Under the pieces are notes generated by a model that was given only the letters and a program-made list of their open reading frames with translations, did not search any database and was not told the DNA's origin. Shown piece by piece: positions 1-8,552 of a stretch of DNA of 22,583 bases. Location of the stretch: the NCBI GenBank assembly GCA_043799675.1, contig JAZDNN010000008.1, positions 1 through 22,583 of the forward strand, in the 5' to 3' direction. How positions within the stretch are numbered: the stretch's first letter is position 1; every line of letters begins with the position of its first letter. Made by a program: the position numbers and the translations under genes. This DNA is from Candidatus Aenigmatarchaeota archaeon. Its GTDB lineage: Archaea > Aenigmatarchaeota > Aenigmatarchaeia > Aenigmatarchaeales > JACQIB01.

Positions 1-1
1 T

Positions 2-412
2 CATGATTTCTACGTATCGGAGAACGGTCAGCGCGAAAGAAGGTGGCACGTCGCCCCCGATAAGAGATGGCTGAAAGTGAAGAGAGGGAAAAACAGGTTC
101 TTTTCTTATGATGTTGAAAAGACGCTCTTTTCCTCGGGGCAGATAAACATATATCCGGTCAACTGGCTGCGCGGCAGCCTGGATAGCAGGATAATGAACC
201 CGTCGATGTTCATGCACTGTGACGAGGTGAGCATGCTCTGGACGCCCTACGTATGTGGCAACTGCATGTCGCATGACATGGAATATACATTGAAGAAAAG
301 CAAGCCGTTCAGGCTGCTAATCGAAAAGACAAAGGAACCCATACAAACGGATTACATGCCCGCCTCCGAAGAGACGCCGAGCAAACCGTCTCCTGAGCAG
401 ACATGCTTATAA
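2..412 (+). CDS. Hypothetical protein, 5'-truncated by window edge
   Basis: Frame is open from position 2 (HDFYVSENGQRERRWHVAPDKRWLKVKRGKNRFF...) to TAA 410-412; CxxC (CGNC) near the C-terminus; no family recognised. Confidence 0.6.
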   Translation, partial: HDFYVSENGQRERRWHVAPDKRWLKVKRGKNRFFSYDVEKTLFSSGQINIYPVNWLRGSLDSRIMNPSMFMHCDEVSMLWTPYVCGNCMSHDMEYTLKKSKPFRLLIEKTKEPIQTDYMPASEETPSKPSPEQTCL

Positions 413-687
413 TAGTTCCGCTTCCAATTCTGTTTGCCGAGGTCGCATAGAGGAATTGCGATAGCCTGGAACTATTGCCGTTTGCAATCAAAGCGAGCGG
501 GAATATGACCGGCGAGCTATTGCTCCGCAAGGGGCTCGAGAGTTCGAATAAGCGCGAAGCGCCTAAAGGCGTTTTGGCAGCCTGCGGCTGCAATGCTATG
601 AGAGTCTCTCCCTCGGCGCCATTTGATTTCGAAGAAATCATGGCGACGACTAGCGAACCTCAGTTCGCGTTGGTCGGCGCCAATCAG

Positions 688-695
688 TATAAATT
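688..695 (+). promoter_or_regulatory. Putative archaeal TATA box for the ORF at 717 (leaderless spacing)
   Basis: TATAAATT ends ~21 nt upstream of ATG 717 in an AT-rich patch. Confidence 0.5.
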
Positions 696-716
696 CTTTC
701 CGTTACGATTTGTTTC

Positions 717-1454
717 ATGTCAAAGCCAGACGCGCACGAGATGAGCCTGATGACACGGAGGTCGATACAGACGGTCGTCGACTACTGGATACCAAGCGAC
801 GACAAGATTGCCAAAATCAGGCTACTCAATAGGGCCGTACACGGATTCATAAACGCATATGACGGACACGTCAGGAGGGTCTGGCCAAAGAACCTTCCGT
901 CGGAGGATGCAGACAAATGCTATTACCTTTACGAGGTCGCGCCGCAAAGGGCGATACCGAAGACCGCACCTGACAGCAGGCACAGGTGGGACTTTGCATA
1001 CGAAGTGGTCGCCTACTACAAAGGTGACGGTAACGGCAACTTCGTCCTCGAAAGCGTCGGTGAGGAGCATACTTTTGATATCGCGGGTGTCCCGAAGAAA
1101 ATAAGCGGTCACTCATGCAAGGACACGGTATACAACATAGGATTCAAGAGCATACAGACTGCGTGCTTCCATGATTTTGAAGTGACGTCGTTCTCGCCTC
1201 CTGAGCTGAACCAGATTGCCATGGCAGCCGGGGCACCGTTGAAATTCAGCGGCAACTATGAAATCAGGGACGGTCTGGTCGAGCTATACAATGAACTTTA
1301 CAAGCACAAGCTGAAGTCATGGCAGCGACTCAACCTGCTTTACGCAGAGTACTACGGAAAACTTGCTGATTGGAAGAAGGGGCGAAATTTCCGCAAGAGT
1401 GTCGATAAGTACCTTGACCCGATATTATTTCACCGGGATGACAGGCTTAGCTGA
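717..1454 (+). CDS. Hypothetical protein (245 aa)
   Basis: Long ORF with natural composition and an upstream TATA box; overlaps the 3' end of the PolB-like gene convergently by 8 nt; no family recognised. Confidence 0.7.
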   Translation: MSKPDAHEMSLMTRRSIQTVVDYWIPSDDKIAKIRLLNRAVHGFINAYDGHVRRVWPKNLPSEDADKCYYLYEVAPQRAIPKTAPDSRHRWDFAYEVVAYYKGDGNGNFVLESVGEEHTFDIAGVPKKISGHSCKDTVYNIGFKSIQTACFHDFEVTSFSPPELNQIAMAAGAPLKFSGNYEIRDGLVELYNELYKHKLKSWQRLNLLYAEYYGKLADWKKGRNFRKSVDKYLDPILFHRDDRLS

Positions 1455-3759
1455 ACTCGAGGAGACTTGAATTCCTGCCGCCGACGGTCGCGGAGAGGTT
1501 GCTTTTCATCGACATGTTGCCGTTCCTGAGTTCGATTGCGGCAATGTACCTGCCGAGGCTGCCTTCATTGAAGCTCCTGCCGGCGGCGGTCTCCGGCCCG
1601 AACAACGCATCAAGATACCTTTCCGCATCGACGTCATCCTTCCGTATTTTTTCCATCCGTTCGAATTTCCTGCCCTTTGAATAATAGTAACGGGTCTCTT
1701 CGCCGACCTTGAGGTTCAGCGCCTCGATGACCTTGACGCGTTCGGAACCCTGCGACCTCTCGGAGTAGACCGGTCTGTGGCGCTTTATTTTTATGCCGAG
1801 CGATTCCAGCGGCACGTTCATGTCCGATATCTTCTTGGAAAGGTCTATGACATATGCCAGGGCATCCTCCTTCTTTCCGGAAAAGACCTTGTCGATGTAA
1901 TCCGTCAGGGCCTGCCTCGCGAGCTCGCAGTTCAGCCCGTGGCGGCCCATCACGTCCATTCCCGACGTTATCAGCGATATGTCGACCCGGGCCACGGCCT
2001 CGCCCCTGCCGGCCGAGATGACGTCCGAGGAGAAGGCGAAAGGCAGGAAGTACGGGCAATCCTCGAGCCATTCGAGCGAACCGTCGCCCTCCAGGAAAAG
2101 GAAGCGGTTGGAAAAGTTCAGCAGCCTGAAGCCGTTCTGGTTGATGGTTGCAAGGCTCTCGCGGACCGATCTTGACAGCTTGCGATAGGTGTCCTCCGGG
2201 TTCTCCCCGTAGGAACCGACATACCAGTTGTTTGCCCTTTTCACCACGTTCTCAACCAGCTCGTCATTCACCCTTTCCTTCTCGAGCTTGACCAGGTCCG
2301 GGTGGTATTCCTCCGGGTACCTGCAGCATAGCAGGTCGAACAGCGGCTCCTCGCACATCGAGTCCAGGGCCTCGGCATATATCGCGGCCTCTTTCGCCGG
2401 GCTGCTCCGCATCAGCCTCACGAGATCATTCGTTTCCATGTCCCTGATCCTCGGAAGGGAATTCAGGGCGAACAGCGGGTAAACCAGAAGGACGTCATGA
2501 TGGAGACCGTTCTTCTCGCCTATCCGCTCGAAAGAGGAGCGGTCCAGACCGGCGCATCTTTCCATCAGTCCCATCTTCTCGTCCTTGAACTCGAATTCAC
2601 CCAGAGTGAAGCGTCTGTCGAACCTGTACGTGTTCAGGGTATGGAAGTAATCGTACGCCCATCGGCTTGACGCATTTGCGGATTGCGCCACCGAGCAGAT
2701 TGAGGTCAGGTCTGTCTTCATGGCGCGCGCTGTCGGTAGTCCTATCTCCTTCACCTTCATGGCAAGCTTGAACAGCCGCTCGGTGTCCTCGATGTTGTAT
2801 ATTGCGGCCCTTCTCAGGCTCTCCGGGTCGCGCTTCTGCATCAGTTCCTCCAGCTCGCCGTAACTGAGGTCCTTCTTGAACGGGTCCTCCGGAAAAAAAT
2901 AGTTGTAAACGTCCGGCAGCTTGTCCCGCGGGAGAGGCAGCCAGGCGCGCGAGAAAGCGCAGGTATCGAACCAGCTCTTTCCCGGCATCCGCACTATCTT
3001 CAGGAAACCGTCCTTCTCCCATGACTTTATCCTTGGCTGGGTCCCGTCGATTGACGGAGTGAAGGGCCTGTCGGATTTCTTCAATTTTACATGGTCCCTG
3101 AGCCGGCTCGCATCGTAAGGGATGTGATGGGCGGCGGCAAAAGGGGCGCTTAGGAGCAGTTCTCCGGTCTTTTCACTTATTCCGTGCTGATCCTTGACAA
3201 CATCCACACTGCAGCAATCAAATCCGCCGGGATTGGCATCCTGGACCACGATGAAGTCGGTAGTCTTTTTCCTGGCATCCCCTTTGACTACGGTGGACAT
3301 CGGGATGTTGATGTAGTTCTTGGTTCCGAGCTTCTCCATCTCGATGTCAAAGCAGGCGAGGTCCCCGTCGCACTCCTCCCGGGTGGAATAACGGACATAC
3401 CTCAGGCCGCCGTCGAAGGGCTCAACAATCGAATAAGTGGGAAACCTCAGTTTGAGGGACTGGTCGGAACCGACCAGGTTTCTGAAGTTGTTCGGGTCGA
3501 TGCGCTTGATCTTGTTACCGAGCCCTCTCTGACCCCAGACTTGGACCACGTAAGCGTTCCCGGAAGGGTGCTTCGTCGCGTCTATGCCGTAATTCTTCAG
3601 AAGCGAGGCGACCCGTGATGCCTGATCGGAGCCCATCCGCCTGCTCGAATAAAGGTGGTCTATCCGGACCTCAATAGGAGCTTCGGCTCTCATGTAAGCG
3701 ACCACGGAACGGCCGTGACGGCTATCAACGACCCGCAGGCCGTCGAGCAGGGCAGCCAT
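1447..3759 (-). CDS. Family-B DNA polymerase homolog (~770 aa); 3'-5' exonuclease motifs intact, polymerase motifs degenerate
   Basis: ExoI CFDIEME, ExoII-like HHIPYD, ExoIII YNIEDT. Palm: motif A region GLHHDVLLVYP, motif B KRANNWYVGSYG, motif C region GFRLLNFSNRFLFL (YGDTDS lost). Thumb-like SGMDVMGRHG...VPLESLGIKIK...DAERYLD. Start set at ATG 3759 because of the TATA-like box ~24 nt upstream and because it removes the overlap with the divergent ORF. Confidence 0.8.
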   Translation of the reverse strand: MAALLDGLRVVDSRHGRSVVAYMRAEAPIEVRIDHLYSSRRMGSDQASRVASLLKNYGIDATKHPSGNAYVVQVWGQRGLGNKIKRIDPNNFRNLVGSDQSLKLRFPTYSIVEPFDGGLRYVRYSTREECDGDLACFDIEMEKLGTKNYINIPMSTVVKGDARKKTTDFIVVQDANPGGFDCCSVDVVKDQHGISEKTGELLLSAPFAAAHHIPYDASRLRDHVKLKKSDRPFTPSIDGTQPRIKSWEKDGFLKIVRMPGKSWFDTCAFSRAWLPLPRDKLPDVYNYFFPEDPFKKDLSYGELEELMQKRDPESLRRAAIYNIEDTERLFKLAMKVKEIGLPTARAMKTDLTSICSVAQSANASSRWAYDYFHTLNTYRFDRRFTLGEFEFKDEKMGLMERCAGLDRSSFERIGEKNGLHHDVLLVYPLFALNSLPRIRDMETNDLVRLMRSSPAKEAAIYAEALDSMCEEPLFDLLCCRYPEEYHPDLVKLEKERVNDELVENVVKRANNWYVGSYGENPEDTYRKLSRSVRESLATINQNGFRLLNFSNRFLFLEGDGSLEWLEDCPYFLPFAFSSDVISAGRGEAVARVDISLITSGMDVMGRHGLNCELARQALTDYIDKVFSGKKEDALAYVIDLSKKISDMNVPLESLGIKIKRHRPVYSERSQGSERVKVIEALNLKVGEETRYYYSKGRKFERMEKIRKDDVDAERYLDALFGPETAAGRSFNEGSLGRYIAAIELRNGNMSMKSNLSATVGGRNSSLLEFS

Positions 3760-3810
3760 GCAAACAAACGAATGCCACACGGATTTAAGGTTGTTTTTGG
3801 TATTCGGGAC
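3760..3810. promoter_or_regulatory. Compact bidirectional promoter region between the PolB-like gene and ORF 3811
   Basis: 51-bp AT-rich gap; ATTTAAG at 3783-3789 reads TTAAAT on the - strand (with an A-rich BRE-like run upstream) and TTTAAG on the + strand, 21-24 nt from each ATG. Confidence 0.5.
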
Positions 3811-4920
3811 ATGCCGTATGTGAGGAACAAGATTTCCTGGGGCAGCGAGCGGCTGTTCTACGTCCTGGAGCCGCTGATGCCGGCGGATTTCACGCCAGTG
3901 CGGGGGAGTTACAAGGAAGGGATCATGCCGGAAATATTTTCCAGAGTCAAGATTGAATCCAGGAACCCGCGCAAGACCGGACGCGTGGAGATGTATCGCA
4001 TCTACCACGAGAAACTCAAACCGAGGATACCGGAGCTGAAGGAGAGGAGGAACCGGCTGATAACCGGCCTGAGCGTCGATTACAGCGAGCCCAGCGAGAC
4101 GTTCGGCATAAAGTACCCGTCAAAGTTCGGAATGGACTGGATGACGGGCATGGGAAGGTTTTACGAGGAACTGCTGGAAGGAGTGAACGATCTTGTGGAA
4201 AAGCAGGAGTTCAGGTACGGAAAAAAGCCGGAGGGTTACAAGAATGAAGTATTGCATCCGGTGTCACCCGTCCTGTTCCCGTTCAGGTTCATCAAAAAGA
4301 ACAGGGGAATAGGGATGGAGCATCCATTGAAGGACGTGATTCAGGAAACGGACGGCATCCTCAGGGAGAAAGGGAAGCTCACGTTCGGCGACACGGAACG
4401 GATGCTGGGTCAGTGCGGTCCGGCCACAGGAAGCTTCGAGTTCAGCGGCAAGCTTTTTTCTCCGAAGGCCGCCAAGCGGTCAAGGACAGGGTACTCGGGT
4501 CCCGATGAGCTTGACATCGGATTCATCAACAGGAGCATCCCGTTCCTGTCCGACTTCGCAAGAGAGGAGGTGAAGAAAAGGCTCGGGCTCGGATACGAGG
4601 AAAACAAAACGGCGATACAGAAACTGGTCGCGGACGAGTACGACAGCGTGATAGGCAGGAGCACGTATCTCAACAGGCAGATGCTTGCCTCCGCTTTTGA
4701 GAACAGCGTCCTTAAGCCGCTCGGGGTCAGCAGGATGGATGCGATAGCAATGTCCAGTTCGTACGTGTGGGGTGTCCTGCATTTCATACACGGTATCGAG
4801 TTCGTGAACTGGGGCCTGATGCAGGGGGCGAAGAATGGTTACCTGGCGGAGGCGGACCCGACAGCGATAGGAAGAATAATCGGGGGATTGCATGCAGACT
4901 GGGAACGGATGCGAGCTTGA
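3811..4920 (+). CDS. Hypothetical protein (369 aa)
   Basis: Long ORF with codon usage like its neighbours; ATG 3811 chosen for promoter spacing and no overlap with the PolB-like gene; family not recognised. Confidence 0.75.
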   Translation: MPYVRNKISWGSERLFYVLEPLMPADFTPVRGSYKEGIMPEIFSRVKIESRNPRKTGRVEMYRIYHEKLKPRIPELKERRNRLITGLSVDYSEPSETFGIKYPSKFGMDWMTGMGRFYEELLEGVNDLVEKQEFRYGKKPEGYKNEVLHPVSPVLFPFRFIKKNRGIGMEHPLKDVIQETDGILREKGKLTFGDTERMLGQCGPATGSFEFSGKLFSPKAAKRSRTGYSGPDELDIGFINRSIPFLSDFAREEVKKRLGLGYEENKTAIQKLVADEYDSVIGRSTYLNRQMLASAFENSVLKPLGVSRMDAIAMSSSYVWGVLHFIHGIEFVNWGLMQGAKNGYLAEADPTAIGRIIGGLHADWERMRA

Positions 4921-6067
4921 ATTCCTGAAGTGCCCTTTCAGGGGAACGGACAGGTGCAGGCCCGAGGATGAGATACCGGATTGCGTGTACGGTCTGACAA
5001 AGGCACGGGACGAGGACGGGGACCTTTACATAAGCGAGCATACGCTTGAGCTGGTGAAAAGATGGACATACGACAACGGATGCCACATCCACGGAATCGA
5101 GGACTACATCCTGCGGCTCAACAACGTTTTTGATACCATGGTCGAGCATGACGGCAGGGAGACCGAGGGGCTGAAGAAGTTCACCGAAACCTTCAGGTAC
5201 GAGCCGTTCATCGTGCCAAGGAAAAATGAATACCAATCATGCCACCTGCGGGCCAGCGAGTTCTCGGGGGGGAAGTTCGAGAAGGTGACGGACATGAAAA
5301 AGCCTTCCAATGGGAAGTGCGACCTGGCAAGGATATTCACGAAAGTTGACCAGGAAGAACTGGGTTACACGCAATCAGCCTCCGCCGAGACCGGGACAGG
5401 GAACCATGCGTTCACGAACGGGCAGCACAAGGAGGACATGCTGGAGAACTCCAGGCTTAAGCTGACAGGAATGAAACCGGTGGACCGAAGGAAGTACGGC
5501 GAGATTCCGGTCGAACTGATGCTGGAACTCAGCGGAAAGAAATACGTAATTTCAGGCCATCCCGATGCGATACTCCAGTGCGTCAACAGGGAAACCGGAG
5601 ATGCAGAACCCGCGATATTCGACCTGAAGAGCAAGAAGTATTCCATGTACGAGGACTGGGGCACGAAGTTCCAGATGATGATTTACGCGCTTGCGGTCAT
5701 CCAGCAATTGGACATGGACTGCGAGCAGTTCCAGGTGATATCCGCCAAGCGGCCGCGCTATGCCTACCCCGGCAACTACAGGGAGATGGAGCTGCACATA
5801 ACCAGGCTCAGGAGGGATGGTGATGCCATGGACAGGCTGCTGCTGGAAGCGGAACGGACGGCAACGGTGCAAAGGATGATACTGGACGACAGGGCATTCT
5901 ACAGGAAAGTGAAGGACAAGATGCTGGCGGCGAAGAAGTGCGACAGTTGCTTCAGCGGGAAGATAAGCCTCGATGTCGACAGGGCCCTGTTCGGGAACGA
6001 AATGACCCTGAGAAAACTGCTCTCGGAGGAGTGGAAGGCGCTCAAGAAGGGCGTCTCACTGCCCTGA
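4892..6067 (+). CDS. PD-(D/E)XK nuclease, Cas4/RecB-like, with Cys-rich N-terminal extension
   Basis: ISGHPDAI (motif II), IFDLKS (D-x-K motif III), QMMIYA (QxxxY), LRASEF...KC upstream and C-terminal KCDSC; extra N-terminal Cys cluster CELEFLKCPF...RC...DC. Confidence 0.75.
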   Translation: MQTGNGCELEFLKCPFRGTDRCRPEDEIPDCVYGLTKARDEDGDLYISEHTLELVKRWTYDNGCHIHGIEDYILRLNNVFDTMVEHDGRETEGLKKFTETFRYEPFIVPRKNEYQSCHLRASEFSGGKFEKVTDMKKPSNGKCDLARIFTKVDQEELGYTQSASAETGTGNHAFTNGQHKEDMLENSRLKLTGMKPVDRRKYGEIPVELMLELSGKKYVISGHPDAILQCVNRETGDAEPAIFDLKSKKYSMYEDWGTKFQMMIYALAVIQQLDMDCEQFQVISAKRPRYAYPGNYREMELHITRLRRDGDAMDRLLLEAERTATVQRMILDDRAFYRKVKDKMLAAKKCDSCFSGKISLDVDRALFGNEMTLRKLLSEEWKALKKGVSLP

Positions 6068-6269
6068 CGCATTTTTCCCGGTAAATCAGGCAGTTTTCGG
6101 GATGCTCGTTGCAAACGTAGGTCATGATCAGCCCAAGAACGGTTTCCGAGTCCTTCAAAAACTTCCCGTAGTCGGATTTTCCGATCTTTCTGCTGCTGCC
6201 GATGGTCTCCTCTATCGCTTGGAAGTTCTTCAGGAACGTGCAGTCCTCGAACTGCTGGCACAACGGCAT
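6042..6269 (-). CDS. Small Cys-rich hypothetical protein (75 aa), possible metal-binding
   Basis: MPLCQQFEDCTF...YVCNEHPENCLIYREK has two Cys pairs; ATG 6269 lies ~22 nt from the TTTAAA box at 6291-6296. Confidence 0.55.
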   Translation of the reverse strand: MPLCQQFEDCTFLKNFQAIEETIGSSRKIGKSDYGKFLKDSETVLGLIMTYVCNEHPENCLIYREKCVRAVRRPS

Positions 6270-6290
6270 CCGCCCGATACACTTGGAACC

Positions 6291-6298
6291 TTTAAATA
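6291..6298. promoter_or_regulatory. TATA box of the r-protein operon, possibly bidirectional
   Basis: TTTAAATA is the only strong TATA-like sequence upstream of rpl3; its core is palindromic. Confidence 0.6.
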
Positions 6299-6412
6299 GT
6301 CTGTAGAGGCACTCTTGACGGAAAGTTTTCGTGCCAGCCACTATTGGCTTAACGGCCATGTTGGCGAACTATGTGTTCTCGGAACGGGACAGGGTAACAG
6401 AGGAATGGAAAA

Positions 6413-7393
6413 ATGCCAGCAGTAAGGAGACCAAAACGGGGAAGCCGGGGATTCTGGCCGCGGTGCAGAGCCAGCCGTAGCTATCCGCGGATAACCTCAT
6501 GGCCGATTGTTCCTGAGGTAAAAGTTCTGGGGTTCGCCGGCTACAAGGCCGGGATGAGCCACGCGATGATAACCGATACCAACCCCAACAGCAGGACGAA
6601 GGGGCAGGTGATAAGCACCCCGGTGACCATACTCGACTGCCCGCCGATCGCAATCTTCGGATTCAAGTGCTACTCAAACACCGTTCATGGTAAGAAGGAC
6701 GTGTTCACGGTCGTAGCAGAGAAGAATGACAAGAACCTTTCGCGGAAGTGGGGGATACAGAAGGTCAGGCCGCTGCAGGACCAGTTCAGGTCGATAGAGG
6801 GAAGGAAAGTCGATTTCATCAGGCTGCTTGCGCATACAAAGCCGGGTTTCAAGAAGACGCCCGAGGTGTTCGAGCTCGGGGTCGGGGGGAACGTCGACAA
6901 GCAGATAGAGTTCGCGAAGTCGATGGTCGGAAAGGAAATCAAGGCGTCCGAACTGTACAAGGCCGGTGATCTGGTCGATGTTTATGCGGTCACCAAAGGC
7001 AAGGGGTTCCAGGGACCCGTTAAGAGGTTCGGCGTCCGCATCCTCGGAAGGAAGATGCAGCAGATGCACAGGCACACGGGAGCATTGGGAACGACCGAGC
7101 CCGGAAAGATAAGGACGACGGTTCCTGCGGCCGGTCAGATGGGATGGCAGTCCAGGATGGAATGGAACAAGAGGATAATCAAGGTCGGAGGAGACGCCAA
7201 AGAAGTGACGCCCGCGGGTGATTTCTTGCGATACGGAATAATCAGGGGAGAACCGCTGTTGATTGAGGGTTCATTGCCCGGGCCGACCAAGAGACTCATC
7301 AGGCTGAGGGTCTGCATGAGGCCGCCGAAGAGCAGGTTCCATGTCGAGCTAAAATCGGTCAGCACGAACAGCATCCAGGGAGTGCGTGTTTAG
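6413..7393 (+). CDS. rpl3: 50S ribosomal protein L3 (uL3)
   Basis: RPKRGSRGFWPR, GFAGYKAGMSH, VTKGKGFQGPVKRFG motifs; first gene of the cluster. Confidence 0.98.
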   Translation: MPAVRRPKRGSRGFWPRCRASRSYPRITSWPIVPEVKVLGFAGYKAGMSHAMITDTNPNSRTKGQVISTPVTILDCPPIAIFGFKCYSNTVHGKKDVFTVVAEKNDKNLSRKWGIQKVRPLQDQFRSIEGRKVDFIRLLAHTKPGFKKTPEVFELGVGGNVDKQIEFAKSMVGKEIKASELYKAGDLVDVYAVTKGKGFQGPVKRFGVRILGRKMQQMHRHTGALGTTEPGKIRTTVPAAGQMGWQSRMEWNKRIIKVGGDAKEVTPAGDFLRYGIIRGEPLLIEGSLPGPTKRLIRLRVCMRPPKSRFHVELKSVSTNSIQGVRV

Positions 7394-8188
7394 ATGGCAA
7401 ATGTTTTTGATATCAACGGGAACGTGAAAGGGAAGACCGAGCTGCCGAGGGTGTTCAACGCCGCGGTGAGGACCGACCTGGTGCAGAGGGCGGTTCTGGC
7501 ATTGCAGGCCGCAAAGAGGCAGTCTTACGGTTCGGATGTCCTGGCCGGAAAGAGGACGAGCGCAAAGTACCACGGCGTGAAAGACACGCGCGGCAGCATG
7601 AAGAACAGGGAGGTCTCCAGGGGACCCCGAGTCACCGGAGGCGCCCCGGGGCAGGAATGGAGGATAAAGTTCGTGCCGCACGCGGTGGGCGGAAGGGCCG
7701 CGCATCCGCCGAAGGTCGAGAGGGGACTGATACTCAAGATGAACCGGAAGGAGAACAGGCTCGCGCTCGCGTCGGCGATAGCCGCGACGGCCCTGAGGGA
7801 AGTGGTTGCCGCGCGCGGGCACAGGCTGCCCGACGCCGAGCTGCCGCTGATAATCACGGATGATGTTGAAAAGATGAAGAAGGCGAAGGAACTGAGAGGT
7901 GTGCTGGAAAAGCTCAAGCTCTGGCAAGAGCTCGAGAGGACCTCGGTGAGCAAGATACGCGCCGGGCGCGGAAAGATGCGGGGAAGGAAATACAGGACAA
8001 AGGTCGGGCCGTTGATTGTCATCGCGAAGGACGAGGGGATAGTAAAGGCGGCAAGCAACATTCCCGGCGTCTCGGTGAGCACGGTGCCCGCGCTGAACGT
8101 GGAATTGCTGGCCCCCGGAGCGAAGCCCGGAAGGCTGACCATCTGGAGCGAAGGGGCCATCAAGCAAGTTGGTGAAAGATTTGGCTGA
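7394..8188 (+). CDS. rpl4: 50S ribosomal protein L4 (uL4)
   Basis: VGGRAAHPPK, IRAGRGKMRGR, LAPGAKPGRLTIWSE motifs. Confidence 0.98.
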   Translation: MANVFDINGNVKGKTELPRVFNAAVRTDLVQRAVLALQAAKRQSYGSDVLAGKRTSAKYHGVKDTRGSMKNREVSRGPRVTGGAPGQEWRIKFVPHAVGGRAAHPPKVERGLILKMNRKENRLALASAIAATALREVVAARGHRLPDAELPLIITDDVEKMKKAKELRGVLEKLKLWQELERTSVSKIRAGRGKMRGRKYRTKVGPLIVIAKDEGIVKAASNIPGVSVSTVPALNVELLAPGAKPGRLTIWSEGAIKQVGERFG

Positions 8189-8489
8189 AACAAAGAAGGA
8201 AGAAAAAAAGGCGGAAGGGGAGCAGCAGGTCGACCCGTGGACGATAGTGAGCCATCCGATGCTCAGCGAGAAGAGCATCGGAAGGATAGAGACCGAGAAC
8301 AAGCTGGTGTTCGTGGTGAGGAGCGAGGCGAACAAGAAGCAGATAAAGTGGGCGATCGAGACGGCCCTGAAGGTCAAGGTCGTGAACGTCAACACGCTCG
8401 TCGACAGGGACGGGGTGAAGAAGGCGATGGTCAGGCTGTCAAAGGAGTTCAGGGCCAGCGACATCGCGACGAGGTTCGGGATGCTGTAA
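8181..8489 (+). CDS. rpl23: 50S ribosomal protein L23 (uL23)
   Basis: HPMLSEKS...ENKLVFVV...ANKKQIKWAIE...VNVNTL; probable TTG start at 8181 after GGTGA SD. Confidence 0.95.
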   Translation: MAETKKEEKKAEGEQQVDPWTIVSHPMLSEKSIGRIETENKLVFVVRSEANKKQIKWAIETALKVKVVNVNTLVDRDGVKKAMVRLSKEFRASDIATRFGML

Positions 8490-8552
8490 TGGTGATGAAA
8501 TGAGTGAAAACAAAGTCTTCACGGCATCATCAAACACAGGTGTTTGCTGATG
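8489..8552 (+). other. Spacer L23-L2 with bridging mini-ORFs (MVMK, MSENKVFTASSNTGVC) and a hairpin over the rpl2 SD/start
   Basis: ORF 8489-8503 (TAATG overlap), ORF 8500-8550 (ATGA and TGATG overlaps); CATCA-T-CAAACA-CAGG-TGTTTG-C-TGATG stem at 8525-8552. Confidence 0.55.

Noticed and set aside
530..560. tRNA suggested by GTTCGAAT T-loop-like motif
   Set aside because: Flanking bases do not form a T-stem and no cloverleaf can be built.
309..832. Short ORFs 309..641 (-), 475..744 (+), 623..832 (+)
   Set aside because: They overlap better-supported genes, have atypical composition and lack SD or promoter support.
3655..4008. 354-nt antisense overlap of ORFs 1447..4008 and 3655..4920 as given in the ORF track
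   Set aside because: Starts at 3759 and 3811 remove the overlap, flank a TATA-like box and give a normal PolB length.
1447..6067. Casposon (PolB plus Cas4-like gene)
   Set aside because: No Cas1 casposase or terminal inverted repeats seen, and the PolB looks like an inactivated cellular-type enzyme rather than an active element polymerase.
8492..8550. Box C/D sRNA (GTGATGA ... CTGA, 59 nt) in the L23-L2 spacer; box C-like motifs in other spacers
   Set aside because: No recognisable D'/C' boxes at guide spacing, the other spacers lack a terminal CTGA, and GGTGATGA is explained as an archaeal SD plus start/stop codons. Not fully excluded.
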